Below, piece after piece: positions 19,462 to 28,949 of a DNA stretch of 64,000 nucleotides (positions within the stretch are counted from its first letter, which is position 1; each line of letters begins with the position of its first letter). A program made the position numbers and the translations under genes. This DNA is from Firmicutes bacterium UBA3546 (GTDB lineage Bacteria; Bacillota; Clostridia; Tissierellales; Proteiniboraceae). The DNA lies in NCBI GenBank assembly GCA_002376545.1, contig DFOH01000041.1, positions 48,250 through 112,249 on the forward strand, written 5' to 3'. The notes under the pieces were generated by a model. That model had not been told where the DNA came from. It did not search any database and worked only from the letters and a program-made list of their open reading frames with translations.

Positions 19462-20961
19462 TTAGCTAAGTGGTTCAGCTTTTTTCTTATTCGCATTAAT
19501 TTGATTCTTAATAAGCGGCCAAACTATAGTTAATACTGCTATAAGTAAAAAAGCTAATGAAACAGGACGTGTTAGAAATGGTAAAAAGCTTCCATCTGAA
19601 TAAGTTAAACCACGTCTTAAATTGACTTCTACCATAGGTCCTAATATAAAACCTAAAATCATAGGGCTTATGGAGATTTTTGCAATTTCAAGTATTATAC
19701 CTACTGCTGCGAATATAAGCATAATCCAGATATTAAATGTAGAATTGTTACTTGCAAAGGCTCCAATGAAGCTCATGACCATTAACGCAGGGTATAGATA
19801 ATGATATGGCACCTTTAATAGCCTCGGGAATAATCTCATACCCCCAAATTGAAGTATTAATGTTAAAATAGCAGATAATGCTGCTGCTGCAAATACTATA
19901 TAAACTACTGATGGATTGTTTACAAATAGTAGTGGTCCTGGTTGAATACCATGTATCATTAGTCCCCCAAGAAGAATTGCAGTTACACTGTCTCCAGGTA
20001 TCCCCATAGTAACCATAGGTATTATTGCACCACCAACTGATGCGTTATTTGATACCTCGCTTGCCCAAACTCCATCTACGCATCCCTTTCCAAATTCTTC
20101 TGGACTCTTAGATGCTTGTTTTGCCTGACCATATGCAACCATGTTTGATAGTCCACTTCCCATGCCAGGTAAAAAACCAATCCATAATCCAATCATAAAT
20201 GAACGAATAATATTCCAGCCATTACTTATGACTTCTTTCATTGTAATTCCAAAGCCAGAAACTTTTAATGATACATCGGGTTGCTGCTGTTGGCCTGTAC
20301 CAAAATCCTTTACAATTTGTTTTATGGCAAATATACCAAGTATCATGGCCAATATGTCTATACCACCACTAAGCATAACATTTCCAAATATAAATCTTGG
20401 ACCTCCGTCAATAGGAGCCATCCCAACTGAGCTTAGTCCTATACCAATAAAAGCACCTGCAAGTCCTCGGAACATATCTCCTTTAGATAAAACAGCTACA
20501 AGCACTAAGGCGCAAGTACATAGAGAAAAGAATTCCCATGGTCCAAGCTTTAATGCAACTTCTGCGATAAATGGACTTAATATTGCTGCAATAATAACAC
20601 TTAAAAATGTACCTATAAATGATGCTACTATACCTGTTCCAAGTGCTTTAACTGCCTGACCTTTTTTAGTCATTGGGTAAGCATCAAAGCATGTAGCAAT
20701 TGATGATGGAGTTCCTGGAATACCAATTAGTGTAGCTGAAATAAATCCACCTGACACTCCTCCTATCCAAATACCTACTAAAAGAGCCATACCCATTTCT
20801 GGAGACATTCCAAATGTTAAAGGTAATAACAAGGAAACCCCTGTAACTGCTGTCAAGCCAGGTATTGCCCCAAATATTATTCCTACTATAGTACCAAATA
20901 GAAGCAATAAAAAGGTTACTGGCTGGAGTAACTGTCCTATACTTGAAATAATATAATCCAT
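19462..20961 (-). CDS. tctA: Tripartite tricarboxylate transporter large permease
   Basis: 499-aa polytopic membrane protein with TctA-family sequence, downstream of tctC and tctB. Confidence 0.75.
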   Translation of the reverse strand: MDYIISSIGQLLQPVTFLLLLFGTIVGIIFGAIPGLTAVTGVSLLLPLTFGMSPEMGMALLVGIWIGGVSGGFISATLIGIPGTPSSIATCFDAYPMTKKGQAVKALGTGIVASFIGTFLSVIIAAILSPFIAEVALKLGPWEFFSLCTCALVLVAVLSKGDMFRGLAGAFIGIGLSSVGMAPIDGGPRFIFGNVMLSGGIDILAMILGIFAIKQIVKDFGTGQQQQPDVSLKVSGFGITMKEVISNGWNIIRSFMIGLWIGFLPGMGSGLSNMVAYGQAKQASKSPEEFGKGCVDGVWASEVSNNASVGGAIIPMVTMGIPGDSVTAILLGGLMIHGIQPGPLLFVNNPSVVYIVFAAAALSAILTLILQFGGMRLFPRLLKVPYHYLYPALMVMSFIGAFASNNSTFNIWIMLIFAAVGIILEIAKISISPMILGFILGPMVEVNLRRGLTYSDGSFLPFLTRPVSLAFLLIAVLTIVWPLIKNQINANKKKAEPLS

Positions 20962-20981
20962 TTTTTCCCCTCCTTAAGTCT

Positions 20982-21428
20982 TTAGAATAATTTTCCTGAT
21001 GGTAACATCACCAGTAACACCTTTTCGAAAATTAAATATACCGAGCCTGTAATACATAATGAAAATATTATTGCTGTCTTATAAATCTTCATATTTCCAT
21101 TCATGACAATTATTGAAGCAAATACTGCAATAGGTGTAGCAATTAAGAACCCAAGTGTTACAAGTCCTATAGCGTATAATAATATTACACCTGACATTAT
21201 ACACAGGCGTTTCCAGCCCTCTGGAGTTAAATATACCTTTGCCTTCTCTGCTGTCTTTTCAAGCATTAACCCTATTCCACATATTATCAACCCAATACCA
21301 GAGATATATGGAAATAATCTAGGCCCTACATCATTTTCAAGATTAGGGTTAGGAATCTGGCTAGCTAGTATTGTAATTATAATTCCTATGATTAATAACA
21401 TGATTCCTGTTTTTTTGTTACTGCTCAT
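20982..21428 (-). CDS. tctB: Tripartite tricarboxylate transporter small permease
   Basis: About 148-aa 4-TM protein between tctC and tctA. Start MSSNKK is preceded by GGAGTGA. Confidence 0.6.
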   Translation of the reverse strand: MSSNKKTGIMLLIIGIIITILASQIPNPNLENDVGPRLFPYISGIGLIICGIGLMLEKTAEKAKVYLTPEGWKRLCIMSGVILLYAIGLVTLGFLIATPIAVFASIIVMNGNMKIYKTAIIFSLCITGSVYLIFEKVLLVMLPSGKLF

Positions 21429-21509
21429 ATTATCACTCCATTTCATTTATTATTTATATATTAGAATCAACTCTTAATAGAGTTGATTCTAATATATTTA
21501 ATAGCACTG

Positions 21510-22523
21510 CTATTTCTTTAATCCTAAATTTTCTGCAACAGCTTCTATAGAATTAAATTCTGCTTCTAAATATGCTTCAGTTTCTTCTAAATCTCTATAT
21601 TTATAGCTTTGTCCAATATTGTTAAGTTTGTCCATAAAATCTTTATCAGCTTCCATTTCTGCAAAAAGTCCATTTATTTTTTTAGCTATTTCATCAGGTA
21701 GTCCTTTTGGAGCATACATAGCATGCATAGTCGGGAGAATTACGTTATAGCCTTGCTCGACTGCCGTTGGAAAATCAGGTGCTAATATATCTCTTTCTTC
21801 TGAAGCTACTGCGAGAACCTTTACTTTATTAGCTTCTACATATTGTGAAGCAGCTCCTACTGTTGCTTGGATAAGATCTAGATGACCGCCTTGAAGTGAA
21901 GCTAACTTTTCTGCTTCTCCACCTGAGTCAACCATTTTAAATTCTACGCCTGCCTCATTCATCAATATACCTGCGATAAATTGACTAACTCCACCATACT
22001 GAACACCAAATATATATTTGTTAGGATTTTGTTTTGCATCTTGAACTAGTTCTTCTAAAGTATTCCATGGAGCATCTGCTCTCACTGATATTGTTTGACT
22101 TACATGTGGCATTGTAGCAATTGGTCTAAAATCTTTGTATGAATAAGCATATGTTCCACCGTGATAATTGCATTGTAAAAGTGTGTGATGGAAAAGAATT
22201 GTGTAGCCATCTGGTTCAGCATTTCTTACGGTTTCTGCTCCTACTGAACCTCCACCACCATCTTGGTTAACCACAACTACAGGTTGTCCTAATTTTCCTT
22301 GCATATATTGTGCAACTAAACGAGCAGCAGCATCTGTAGCCCCCCCTGCTTTTGTAACGCATATAAGCTGAATTGGCTTTGTAGGATAATTAACTTCAGA
22401 ATTTGAAGCATTATCATTGACTCCTTCAGAATCATTGTTTGTAACAGGCTGATTTGATGAGCATGCTGTAATTGAAATACCTAATAATGCAATTGCTAAA
22501 AATAAAGCTAATTTCTTTTTCAT
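21510..22523 (-). CDS. tctC: TctC/Bug-family tripartite transporter substrate-binding lipoprotein
   Basis: Lipoprotein signal ...LLGISITACSS and Bug-family length. Confidence 0.7.
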   Translation of the reverse strand: MKKKLALFLAIALLGISITACSSNQPVTNNDSEGVNDNASNSEVNYPTKPIQLICVTKAGGATDAAARLVAQYMQGKLGQPVVVVNQDGGGGSVGAETVRNAEPDGYTILFHHTLLQCNYHGGTYAYSYKDFRPIATMPHVSQTISVRADAPWNTLEELVQDAKQNPNKYIFGVQYGGVSQFIAGILMNEAGVEFKMVDSGGEAEKLASLQGGHLDLIQATVGAASQYVEANKVKVLAVASEERDILAPDFPTAVEQGYNVILPTMHAMYAPKGLPDEIAKKINGLFAEMEADKDFMDKLNNIGQSYKYRDLEETEAYLEAEFNSIEAVAENLGLKK

Positions 22524-22618
22524 TCTTTAACCCCCCATTTTTTATATAAAATTTAAACAAAAGAAAACTATTAGAGAAAATTAAATATCCATACCTCCTT
22601 TTCGTTTGATAATAACAT

Positions 22619-23671
22619 TTATCTAGAATAAACAGAGCACCTATTAAGTGTCTCAGTATTCACTAGTTTAGAAGCTATGTCTATAGCTTTTTCAAGAACT
22701 TTTGTGTCACCTGTTTTTTTTGCAATCCTATTGATTGTAGATTCATGACTGACTGCTAATCCAATCATTGAGCCTCCTAAAGCTATTTCTATTTCATTAA
22801 TTGAGTTCCACCTATTACTTTTATCATCAAACTCGAAGCCAATAGCTTCCATCTGAATATTGCTCCTTTCATGATACATATCCACTATTGCATCATATTC
22901 TCCTGATGCAGCTTTTAAATAGATACTATCTGGTGAAATAGGCCCATATGCAAGAATTCCTTCTCTATAGGATGCTTCAATGGCACTTAATATTTCATCA
23001 CTGATATTAGTGTCCTTATATTCTCCAGAATAAAATATATCTGCTACAGCGACTCTAGGTGCATCTATATTCATTTTTTTTAAGATTTCATTTGTAAGCT
23101 TAATCATTTCATGTATTCGATTTTGAGTTATATTTTTAAATACAGAATCACTAAAGCTCTCAAAATAAACATATGCAATTCTAAGAGAACCTCTTATTAT
23201 CATTACAGAATAAACATCTGACTCTTCATCGTTCAGGAAAACCTTTTCAATTCCTCTATGAAAACTACATAACAATTTATTATTATAATTATTACTTGCA
23301 GGTCCAAGAATAAATGCATCAAGGCTTTTATTAGCACATAATTCAATAGCCTTTCTGCCATAAGTTAAACTCATCTCGTCAGAACTCGTATTATCATCAT
23401 TATTAAAATAGTCCTTTGAAGAATCCATGTTTATATCTATTAGATTAAGTACTCCTTCTTTAAAACACGCTTCAGAAGGCTCCTTAATTGTATTCAATAT
23501 CAAAGATGAGCCAGTAAAGTTCAATGCATTTATAACTATATCTAAGCTTCCTATAACTACGAATCCTAAATCCATGTAAAGAGATGCTTTTTCCATAGCT
23601 TTAACTACTATCTGTGCACCAGCTCCCAGAGAATCTCCTATTGTAATTCCAATTATTTTTCTGCCCACCAA
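22619..23671 (-). CDS. Divergent PdxA-family paralog lacking canonical metal-binding histidines
   Basis: GITIGDSLGAGAQI aligns with PdxA GDPSGIGPEI, and DMYHERSNIQME aligns with AMYHDQGHIPLK. Two of the three His-ligand positions are replaced. Probable TTG start 6 nt after AAGGAGTG. It is the first gene after the sigma-54 promoter. Confidence 0.6.
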   Translation of the reverse strand: MVGRKIIGITIGDSLGAGAQIVVKAMEKASLYMDLGFVVIGSLDIVINALNFTGSSLILNTIKEPSEACFKEGVLNLIDINMDSSKDYFNNDDNTSSDEMSLTYGRKAIELCANKSLDAFILGPASNNYNNKLLCSFHRGIEKVFLNDEESDVYSVMIIRGSLRIAYVYFESFSDSVFKNITQNRIHEMIKLTNEILKKMNIDAPRVAVADIFYSGEYKDTNISDEILSAIEASYREGILAYGPISPDSIYLKAASGEYDAIVDMYHERSNIQMEAIGFEFDDKSNRWNSINEIEIALGGSMIGLAVSHESTINRIAKKTGDTKVLEKAIDIASKLVNTETLNRCSVYSR

Positions 23672-23728
23672 TGTAAGCACTCCTTTTTTAATCAAATTAG
23701 TTAATGTATAGAGTTACTTATTTTATAT

Positions 23729-23744
23729 GCGAAAACTATGCCAA
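23729..23744 (-). promoter_or_regulatory. Candidate sigma-54 (-24/-12) promoter
   Basis: Minus-strand TTGGCATAGTTTTCGC has GG-N10-GC spacing. TGGCAT matches TGGCAC and TTCGC matches TTGCA. It lies about 45 nt upstream of the first operon gene and downstream of the enhancer-binding-protein gene. Confidence 0.55.
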
Positions 23745-23823
23745 AATTAAATAACCGTAAAAAAGTCATGTAATCGCTATATTTCAACAAAAAATATCTG
23801 ATAGCATGTGGAATATCCTTCCC

Positions 23824-23847
23824 ATGCGTTCCATTATTGAAACGCAT
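23824..23847. promoter_or_regulatory. Inverted repeat, candidate enhancer (UAS) site
   Basis: ATGCGTT-N10-AACGCAT about 90 bp upstream of the sigma-54 promoter. Confidence 0.35.
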
Positions 23848-23904
23848 TTATTAAAAATTTAAATAAATGCTTAAAATTCAGTTTTTATCAAGTATACAAA
23901 CAAA

Positions 23905-23938
23905 GAAACATAAGTTCCATTAATGGAACTTATGTTTC
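23905..23938. terminator. Perfect 17-bp-arm palindrome overlapping the regulator stop codon
   Basis: gaaacataagttccatt|aatggaacttatgtttc followed on the minus strand by tttgtttg. It is either a terminator for the regulator gene or a protein-binding site. Confidence 0.5.
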
Positions 23939-25825
23939 TTTGTTGAAACCATATTTATTCATTTTTCTCCAGAGAGTTGTCCTGCTTATGTTTAACTCCT
24001 TAGCTGTTTTTTTAATACTCCACCCATTATTATCCAATACTTTAAGTATTGCTTTTCTTTCTGCTATATCTAGCGTTGTCACTTCATTTTTACCCTCATC
24101 ATGTACTTCTCTTACTATATGTTTCTCATATAATCCATAAAGATCATTTACAGTAACTATAGCTCCATTTTTTAAAACCACTAATCTTTCGATTACATTC
24201 TCAAGCTCTCTTATATTCCCGGGCCAAGAGTATTTTTTAAGCTCATTTATAGCACTGTTTTCAATACCTACCATTTTACACCCAGTCTTTCTTACTGATT
24301 TATTAATAAATACTTCAATAAGATATGGAATATCTTCAGTTCTTTCCCTTAAAGGAGGTAGATGTAATGATAATACATTAAGACGATAATATAAGTCTTC
24401 TCTAAATTTACCATTATTAACTTCTTCAAGTAAGTTCTTATTTGTTGCAGAAATAATTCTTACATCTAGAGGAATTACTCTATCATCTCCAATTCTACGA
24501 ACTACCTTTTCTTGTAGTACTCTCAATAGTCTCGCCTGTAATTTTAATGGCATCTCTCCAATCTCATCTAAAAACAACGTTCCCTGATGCGCCATTTCAA
24601 ACAAACCTGGTTTACCCCCTTTTTTTGCCCCTGTGAAAGCGCCCTCATTGTATCCAAAAAGTTCACTCTCCAAGAGGGATTCGGGTACTGCTGCGCAGTT
24701 AATTGCTACAAAAGGTTCCTCTCTCCTTAAACTATAGTTATGTATACTTTGAGCTAATACCTCTTTACCTGTTCCTGTTTCTCCGCTTATTAAAATTGTA
24801 GAATTAACAATAGCAAACTTTTTTGCATTTTCGCTTAATTCCTTCATCTTTTCATTAACAGTTTTCATATCATCAAATGTATATCTGGCAGAGTTCCCTT
24901 TTAAATACAACTCCCTTCGAACCTTTTCTTCTGCTTTCTGTATTTTATGGGCTTCCTGAATTGTTATTATTACTCCAACTAATTTTTTCTTACTAATAAC
25001 AGGAATTATATCTTTTACAATTAGACCTGACGATACGTAACTTACTTCTCCAAGTAATGGTTTGCTAGTCTTAAAAATATCATCAGTTAATAATCCTGGC
25101 AACATATCATTTGCATAATGTCCTATTATCTCCTCAGCATTTGTATTGAGAATTCTTTCGGCAATAGGATTTATGTATTTAACTTTTCCTAATGCATCTA
25201 GTGTAATGATTCCGTCATGTACAAAGTTGATTAAAGTCCTAATTTCCTCTGTTCTCTCCCTTTCTCTGTTTACCATTTCTATAGTGTTATATGCTTCTCT
25301 TATAGCTTGAATAATAGCTTCTTTACCCGAATGAACTAAAACAGTAAAAAAACCATTTTGAGAAGCTTTTCTTACAGCAATAGTGTCTCCAACAACCATT
25401 TTTATCTCTTCATCGTTCATTCTTATAATTACATCATCCACATCTTTATCAGAACCTATCAAAAATTCTTTTAAATCTATCTTCAAAATATCTCTTAAGG
25501 TTCCTACACCATAAATAATGTTCTTATAGCCAACTACACCAATAGAAGCACTAAATCTCATAGCATTATTAATTGCTCTCATTAAGTCATATCCAGTAAC
25601 AGCAATTTCTATTACAGGAACCTTGACAGCTTCTCTAATTGCTATGGCGGTACCTCCGCGGCTTATTATTGCTTGTGCTCCATTGTCTATGGCATCTAGA
25701 GCTTCTTTTACCCCTTCTTCCATATCTCCTATTCTTATATCCAATTGCTCATTAAATTCATTACATACTTCTTCCCCTAATTCTGCCAACTTGGGGAACG
25801 GTGCAATTAATGCTATCTTACCCAC
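23930..25825 (-). CDS. Sigma-54-dependent transcriptional activator (PrpR-N-like sensory domain, PAS, AAA+, Fis HTH)
   Basis: ESELFGYNEGAFTGAKKGG (GAFTGA sigma-54 contact motif), Walker A GETGTGKE and a C-terminal HTH. GTG start after GGGGGA. Confidence 0.8.
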   Translation of the reverse strand: MGKIALIAPFPKLAELGEEVCNEFNEQLDIRIGDMEEGVKEALDAIDNGAQAIISRGGTAIAIREAVKVPVIEIAVTGYDLMRAINNAMRFSASIGVVGYKNIIYGVGTLRDILKIDLKEFLIGSDKDVDDVIIRMNDEEIKMVVGDTIAVRKASQNGFFTVLVHSGKEAIIQAIREAYNTIEMVNRERERTEEIRTLINFVHDGIITLDALGKVKYINPIAERILNTNAEEIIGHYANDMLPGLLTDDIFKTSKPLLGEVSYVSSGLIVKDIIPVISKKKLVGVIITIQEAHKIQKAEEKVRRELYLKGNSARYTFDDMKTVNEKMKELSENAKKFAIVNSTILISGETGTGKEVLAQSIHNYSLRREEPFVAINCAAVPESLLESELFGYNEGAFTGAKKGGKPGLFEMAHQGTLFLDEIGEMPLKLQARLLRVLQEKVVRRIGDDRVIPLDVRIISATNKNLLEEVNNGKFREDLYYRLNVLSLHLPPLRERTEDIPYLIEVFINKSVRKTGCKMVGIENSAINELKKYSWPGNIRELENVIERLVVLKNGAIVTVNDLYGLYEKHIVREVHDEGKNEVTTLDIAERKAILKVLDNNGWSIKKTAKELNISRTTLWRKMNKYGFNKET

Positions 25826-26046
25826 AAAAATCCCCCACTCTTTTTTACAGATAGTATTTAAATGTAATTATATATTTTCGTCAAATTAATACAATATTCT
25901 TTCATCTCAAAATCTATTAAGTATTATTATATTGAATAATTCTTATGAGGTCAAAGACACTTTCTGTATTTCTATGATATTTGAAATAATCTCTTTTCAT
26001 CTATAAATCTTAATCCTACTTTAACGAAATCATAAAAAACAATAAA

Positions 26047-26090
26047 AAACACCGTTTAATCAACTTATTACTCTTGATTAGACGGTGTTC
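26047..26090 (-). terminator. Rho-independent terminator of the peptide/TldDE operon
   Basis: aacaccgtttaatcaa...ttgattagacggtgtt hairpin followed on the minus strand by TTTTTTATTGTTTT. Confidence 0.7.
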
Positions 26091-26096
26091 AATTTT

Positions 26097-27407
26097 TTAT
26101 TCTACTCCTGCTATACTTATATTTAATAGCTTAATTGATTTTGGTCCACTAAAATTATTTATTTTCTGTGTTTCTTTTGATAGGTACATTTCTTTATGAA
26201 CATCACTGATATTGCCTGAAATAGAGCCTCCTGTCACTGGTATTGTTTTCTGTCCGTCATTATACCAGCCTAATCTAATTTCTCCAGCAAAATCGCCTGT
26301 TAATGTGTCCATTTGAAAATCTGAGAACACTTTGAGCTCTAGGTAAGGTCCTTCTTTAATTTCTTGCAGAGTCTTGCTTCCGCCTTCTACTACAATATTT
26401 CTTATATTGCCTGTAGGCTTGATACCCAAATAGTGGGAAAACCTTGTACTTCCCCAGTATCTCTTTAATATGCCATCTTCATAAAGCGAAACATTTGCCA
26501 GCTTATGACCATCTTCATCATAAGGCGCTGAAGCCGTAGAGCTATGTATAAATGGGTCAAGAGATATGTTTACCTTGTCTCCTATAATAGCATCACCCTG
26601 TATGCTTTCATCTATCTTAGCGATTGAAGTCTGCTCATAAACTGAACGAGCTCCTGCTTGGTCATAATAATAATTGAAAAATTCCTTTACAGGCTCTCCT
26701 GTTAATATTACTGCTATATCCTTTAATACAGGTGTTGGCTTTGCTATTGCCTTATCTTTGCTTATTTGTAGCATTTCATCTACAGACTCAGTAATTAATT
26801 TCTCATCATAATCTGAAAAAACAATGTCATTATAAAGCTCCACTTCCTCGCTTTCTCCGTCTTCCTTCCAGCTTGTAATAAATTCAAGCTCTCCTCTATA
26901 GGTTTCGTATGATGCATCTACTCCCTCTGAATTAAGTATTCTTGTATTTATCTTATCTAAGAAAAGCTCAGCCGAATTAACCCAGCCATTATTGTATTTA
27001 TCTGCTTTAAATATTTCTTCTGTAAGCTTAGGCATCCAGCTTGAATGAGAATGCTTTGAAAATGTGTTTTCCATTACAGGTTGAATCTCTACCTTAGGCT
27101 TCACTAATGGATAATATTCATTTTTTACAAAGCCCGCAGCATATAATGCACTCTTTATTGCATTTCTTATATCTTCATCATTCATTGTAGGATGTATTGT
27201 AGTTGTTGATGAGCCTCTGTATTTCTTTCCATCCTCCTCAAAATCCTTATAAACAGTAATCTTAATATGGTGTACATCCTTAGCTCTATTCATATCAAGT
27301 TCTTTTTTTATAAAGAATAATTCCTTTGATTCAATTCTCTTCTCATTGAGCTTCCAACCATCTATTCCATCAAGCTTTGATAATATTTCTTTTATTTTCT
27401 CTATCAT
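26097..27407 (-). CDS. pmbA: TldE/PmbA family metalloprotease subunit
   Basis: 436 aa with PmbA_TldD-fold sequence. Its start overlaps the tldD stop. Confidence 0.75.
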   Translation of the reverse strand: MIEKIKEILSKLDGIDGWKLNEKRIESKELFFIKKELDMNRAKDVHHIKITVYKDFEEDGKKYRGSSTTTIHPTMNDEDIRNAIKSALYAAGFVKNEYYPLVKPKVEIQPVMENTFSKHSHSSWMPKLTEEIFKADKYNNGWVNSAELFLDKINTRILNSEGVDASYETYRGELEFITSWKEDGESEEVELYNDIVFSDYDEKLITESVDEMLQISKDKAIAKPTPVLKDIAVILTGEPVKEFFNYYYDQAGARSVYEQTSIAKIDESIQGDAIIGDKVNISLDPFIHSSTASAPYDEDGHKLANVSLYEDGILKRYWGSTRFSHYLGIKPTGNIRNIVVEGGSKTLQEIKEGPYLELKVFSDFQMDTLTGDFAGEIRLGWYNDGQKTIPVTGGSISGNISDVHKEMYLSKETQKINNFSGPKSIKLLNISIAGVE

Positions 27408-28837
27408 TATCCCAACCTCACTCTTGCTTTAATATATGGTCCTCCATCAGCTGCTTTAACCCATTCCTTGTACCCCTTGCCACAAGCTCCTGAGCCAAAT
27501 ATCTCAACTTCCTCAGATACCATAGAGATGGATTTTAGAACATCTGGCACATATCCAGTCATAATAACAGGAGACATGATGTTTCCAGTAAGCTCTCCAT
27601 CCTTTATTTCCTTTGCTACTAGTATCATACATTGTATTCCCCAGTTTTTGGGGTCCTCCATACCACTTAACATAACGTCAAGCAAGTATCCTTCTTTTAT
27701 TGAAGCTATCATATCTTCAAGTCTGTCTATTCCTCCTTCAAAGAAGGTATTAGTCATTCTGGCATAGGCTTTTCTCTCAAAAGATTCTCTTTTACCATTT
27801 CCTGTAGGCTTTGTACCTAATCTAAGAGCTGAAAGCAAATCCGATATCCCAGTTTTAAGGATTCCCTTGTCTATAATTATAGTATCTGTTCCAAGAACAC
27901 CTTCGTCATCAAAAAAGTACGAAGACACATTCTCTGCTGCAGCTGCTCCATCATGCATAATCACTAATTCCGATGCTACTTCCTTGTCTACATATTCTAT
28001 AGCCTTTGCTCTATTTTTAACAAACATATCCATCTCAACACCATGCCCAAAGGCTTCATGAGCTATTAATCCTGATATCCCAGGTGAACAGATGACATCA
28101 TATTCTCCCGGTACAATCTTCTTTGCATCTAGTAGTTTTTCTGCATATATTACTACTTCCTTTACTTTATTCTGAAGTTCATCAAGGAGTTCAACACCTT
28201 TTAATCCAGCTGCACTATCATAGTAAAACTTTGTATTATCATCTCTTCTAACCACTGCTGAAAGACTACCTTGACTCCATATGTAGGATTGCTCAAGGTC
28301 TTTATTTTGAGAAATAAATATTTTAGACACATGACATTCTCCGTAGTTTATTCTGAAGTCTACCAATAGACTAGAATATGTAAAGGCCTCATCTTTAATT
28401 TTGGTCATTCTCTTGATCTTTTCTTCTGCACTTACTGCTTCAGGTAGTACTTCCACCTCTTTAAAAAGAGCATCTGTGATTTCATCTTCTTCAATTACTG
28501 GATAAGTGCTTATCCTCACTGATGAATCTTTTAAATTTTTAATGTCTTCGTTAACTCTATTCTTTATGCTTTCAATTAGTGCATCTAATCCTTCTTCTGA
28601 AAGTTCATTAAATGAATACTCAGAATAGTTGTATCCATTATGAATTCTTACTACAAATCCTCTCTCAGTCCACTCTGAATCGTTAATGCCAGCCCCAGTC
28701 CTATAGACAGAATATGTCTTGCCACATATATCTGTACCTAAAACTGAAGCATATCTAAAAGATTTGGATAATTCAGAGACTAGTTCCTTCAATAGCTGCT
28801 TCTTCCCTTGCAAATACCTTGACATACTAACCTGCAT
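27407..28837 (-). CDS. tldD: TldD family metalloprotease
   Basis: 476 aa with HEAFGHGVE metal-binding motif. RBS GAGGGGG. Confidence 0.75.
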   Translation of the reverse strand: MQVSMSRYLQGKKQLLKELVSELSKSFRYASVLGTDICGKTYSVYRTGAGINDSEWTERGFVVRIHNGYNYSEYSFNELSEEGLDALIESIKNRVNEDIKNLKDSSVRISTYPVIEEDEITDALFKEVEVLPEAVSAEEKIKRMTKIKDEAFTYSSLLVDFRINYGECHVSKIFISQNKDLEQSYIWSQGSLSAVVRRDDNTKFYYDSAAGLKGVELLDELQNKVKEVVIYAEKLLDAKKIVPGEYDVICSPGISGLIAHEAFGHGVEMDMFVKNRAKAIEYVDKEVASELVIMHDGAAAAENVSSYFFDDEGVLGTDTIIIDKGILKTGISDLLSALRLGTKPTGNGKRESFERKAYARMTNTFFEGGIDRLEDMIASIKEGYLLDVMLSGMEDPKNWGIQCMILVAKEIKDGELTGNIMSPVIMTGYVPDVLKSISMVSEEVEIFGSGACGKGYKEWVKAADGGPYIKARVRLG

Positions 28838-28949
28838 TGTTGCACCCCCTCAAAATATTGCTGCTAATAACATATATTACTAACTTACCACATTGATTAC
28901 TAAAAATCAAAGATATATAGCATAACTTATCGTTTATATTAAAGCTTAC

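Noticed and set aside
23672-23695. N-terminal extension (MIKKGVLT...) of the divergent pdxA-like ORF, and similar track extensions on the pepF, tdh-like, DSD1-like, tctB, racemase, DUF4349 and C_GCAxxG genes
   Set aside because: The extensions start at TTG/GTG codons upstream of, or overlapping, the Shine-Dalgarno sequence or the preceding gene. An ATG/TTG/GTG with proper RBS spacing lies just downstream in each case.
11604-26100. Catabolic island as an integrative mobile element
   Set aside because: I found no integrase, recombinase, transposase, tRNA or clean direct-repeat attachment site. Only the pmbA 3' remnant hints at a past rearrangement.
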